A stretch of DNA of 26,763 bases from a virus (taxonomy: Duplodnaviria > Heunggongvirae > Uroviricota > Caudoviricetes). The position numbers and the translations under genes were made by a program. Shown here in pieces: positions 26,760-26,763 of the stretch. The stretch lies in the IMG/VR virus record IMGVR_UViG_2606217104_000012; one strand, written 5' to 3'. The notes beneath the pieces are model-generated. The model worked only from the letters and a program-made list of their open reading frames with translations. It was not told the DNA's origin and did no database searches. Position 1 is the first letter of the stretch, and each line of letters begins with the position of its first letter.

Positions 26760-26763
26760 GGCC

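Noticed and set aside
1-26763. CRISPR array, rRNA or integrase/recombinase gene
   Set aside because: No spaced direct repeats, no rRNA-like sequence, and no tyrosine or serine recombinase ORF found; the integrase presumably lies at the other prophage end outside the window.

Overview
This window looks like one end (about 26 kb) of a mosaic temperate prophage in an E. coli/Shigella-type chromosome, plus the chromosomal junction. Reading right to left on the minus strand: a lambdoid late-regulatory and lysis block (DUF968 protein, antiterminator Q, holin, lambda R-type endolysin, overlapping Rz/Rz1 spanins), a packaging block (HNH endonuclease, P27-type small terminase, large terminase), an HK97-type head module (portal, prohead protease, major capsid, connector proteins) and a Mu-type contractile tail module (sheath, tube, frameshifted chaperone, tape measure, Mu N/P/gp45-48-like baseplate proteins, tail fibre). 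Beyond the tail fibre, plus-strand cargo genes (an AT-rich membrane acyltransferase and two unknown ORFs) precede a 46-bp 3' fragment of tRNA-Thr(CGU) that I read as the att core, followed by the end of an IS629-like element. The organisation resembles Shigella phage SfV, which to my knowledge also uses thrW. The most interesting feature is an AT-rich two-gene plus-strand cassette (membrane protein plus 294-aa soluble protein) sitting between Q and the holin, antisense to late transcription; I propose it as a candidate anti-phage defence or exclusion module with Kiwa-like architecture, unconfirmed. All protein assignments are from reading the translations and recalled family knowledge; no searches were run. 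Coordinates of features not in the ORF track are accurate to a few bp.
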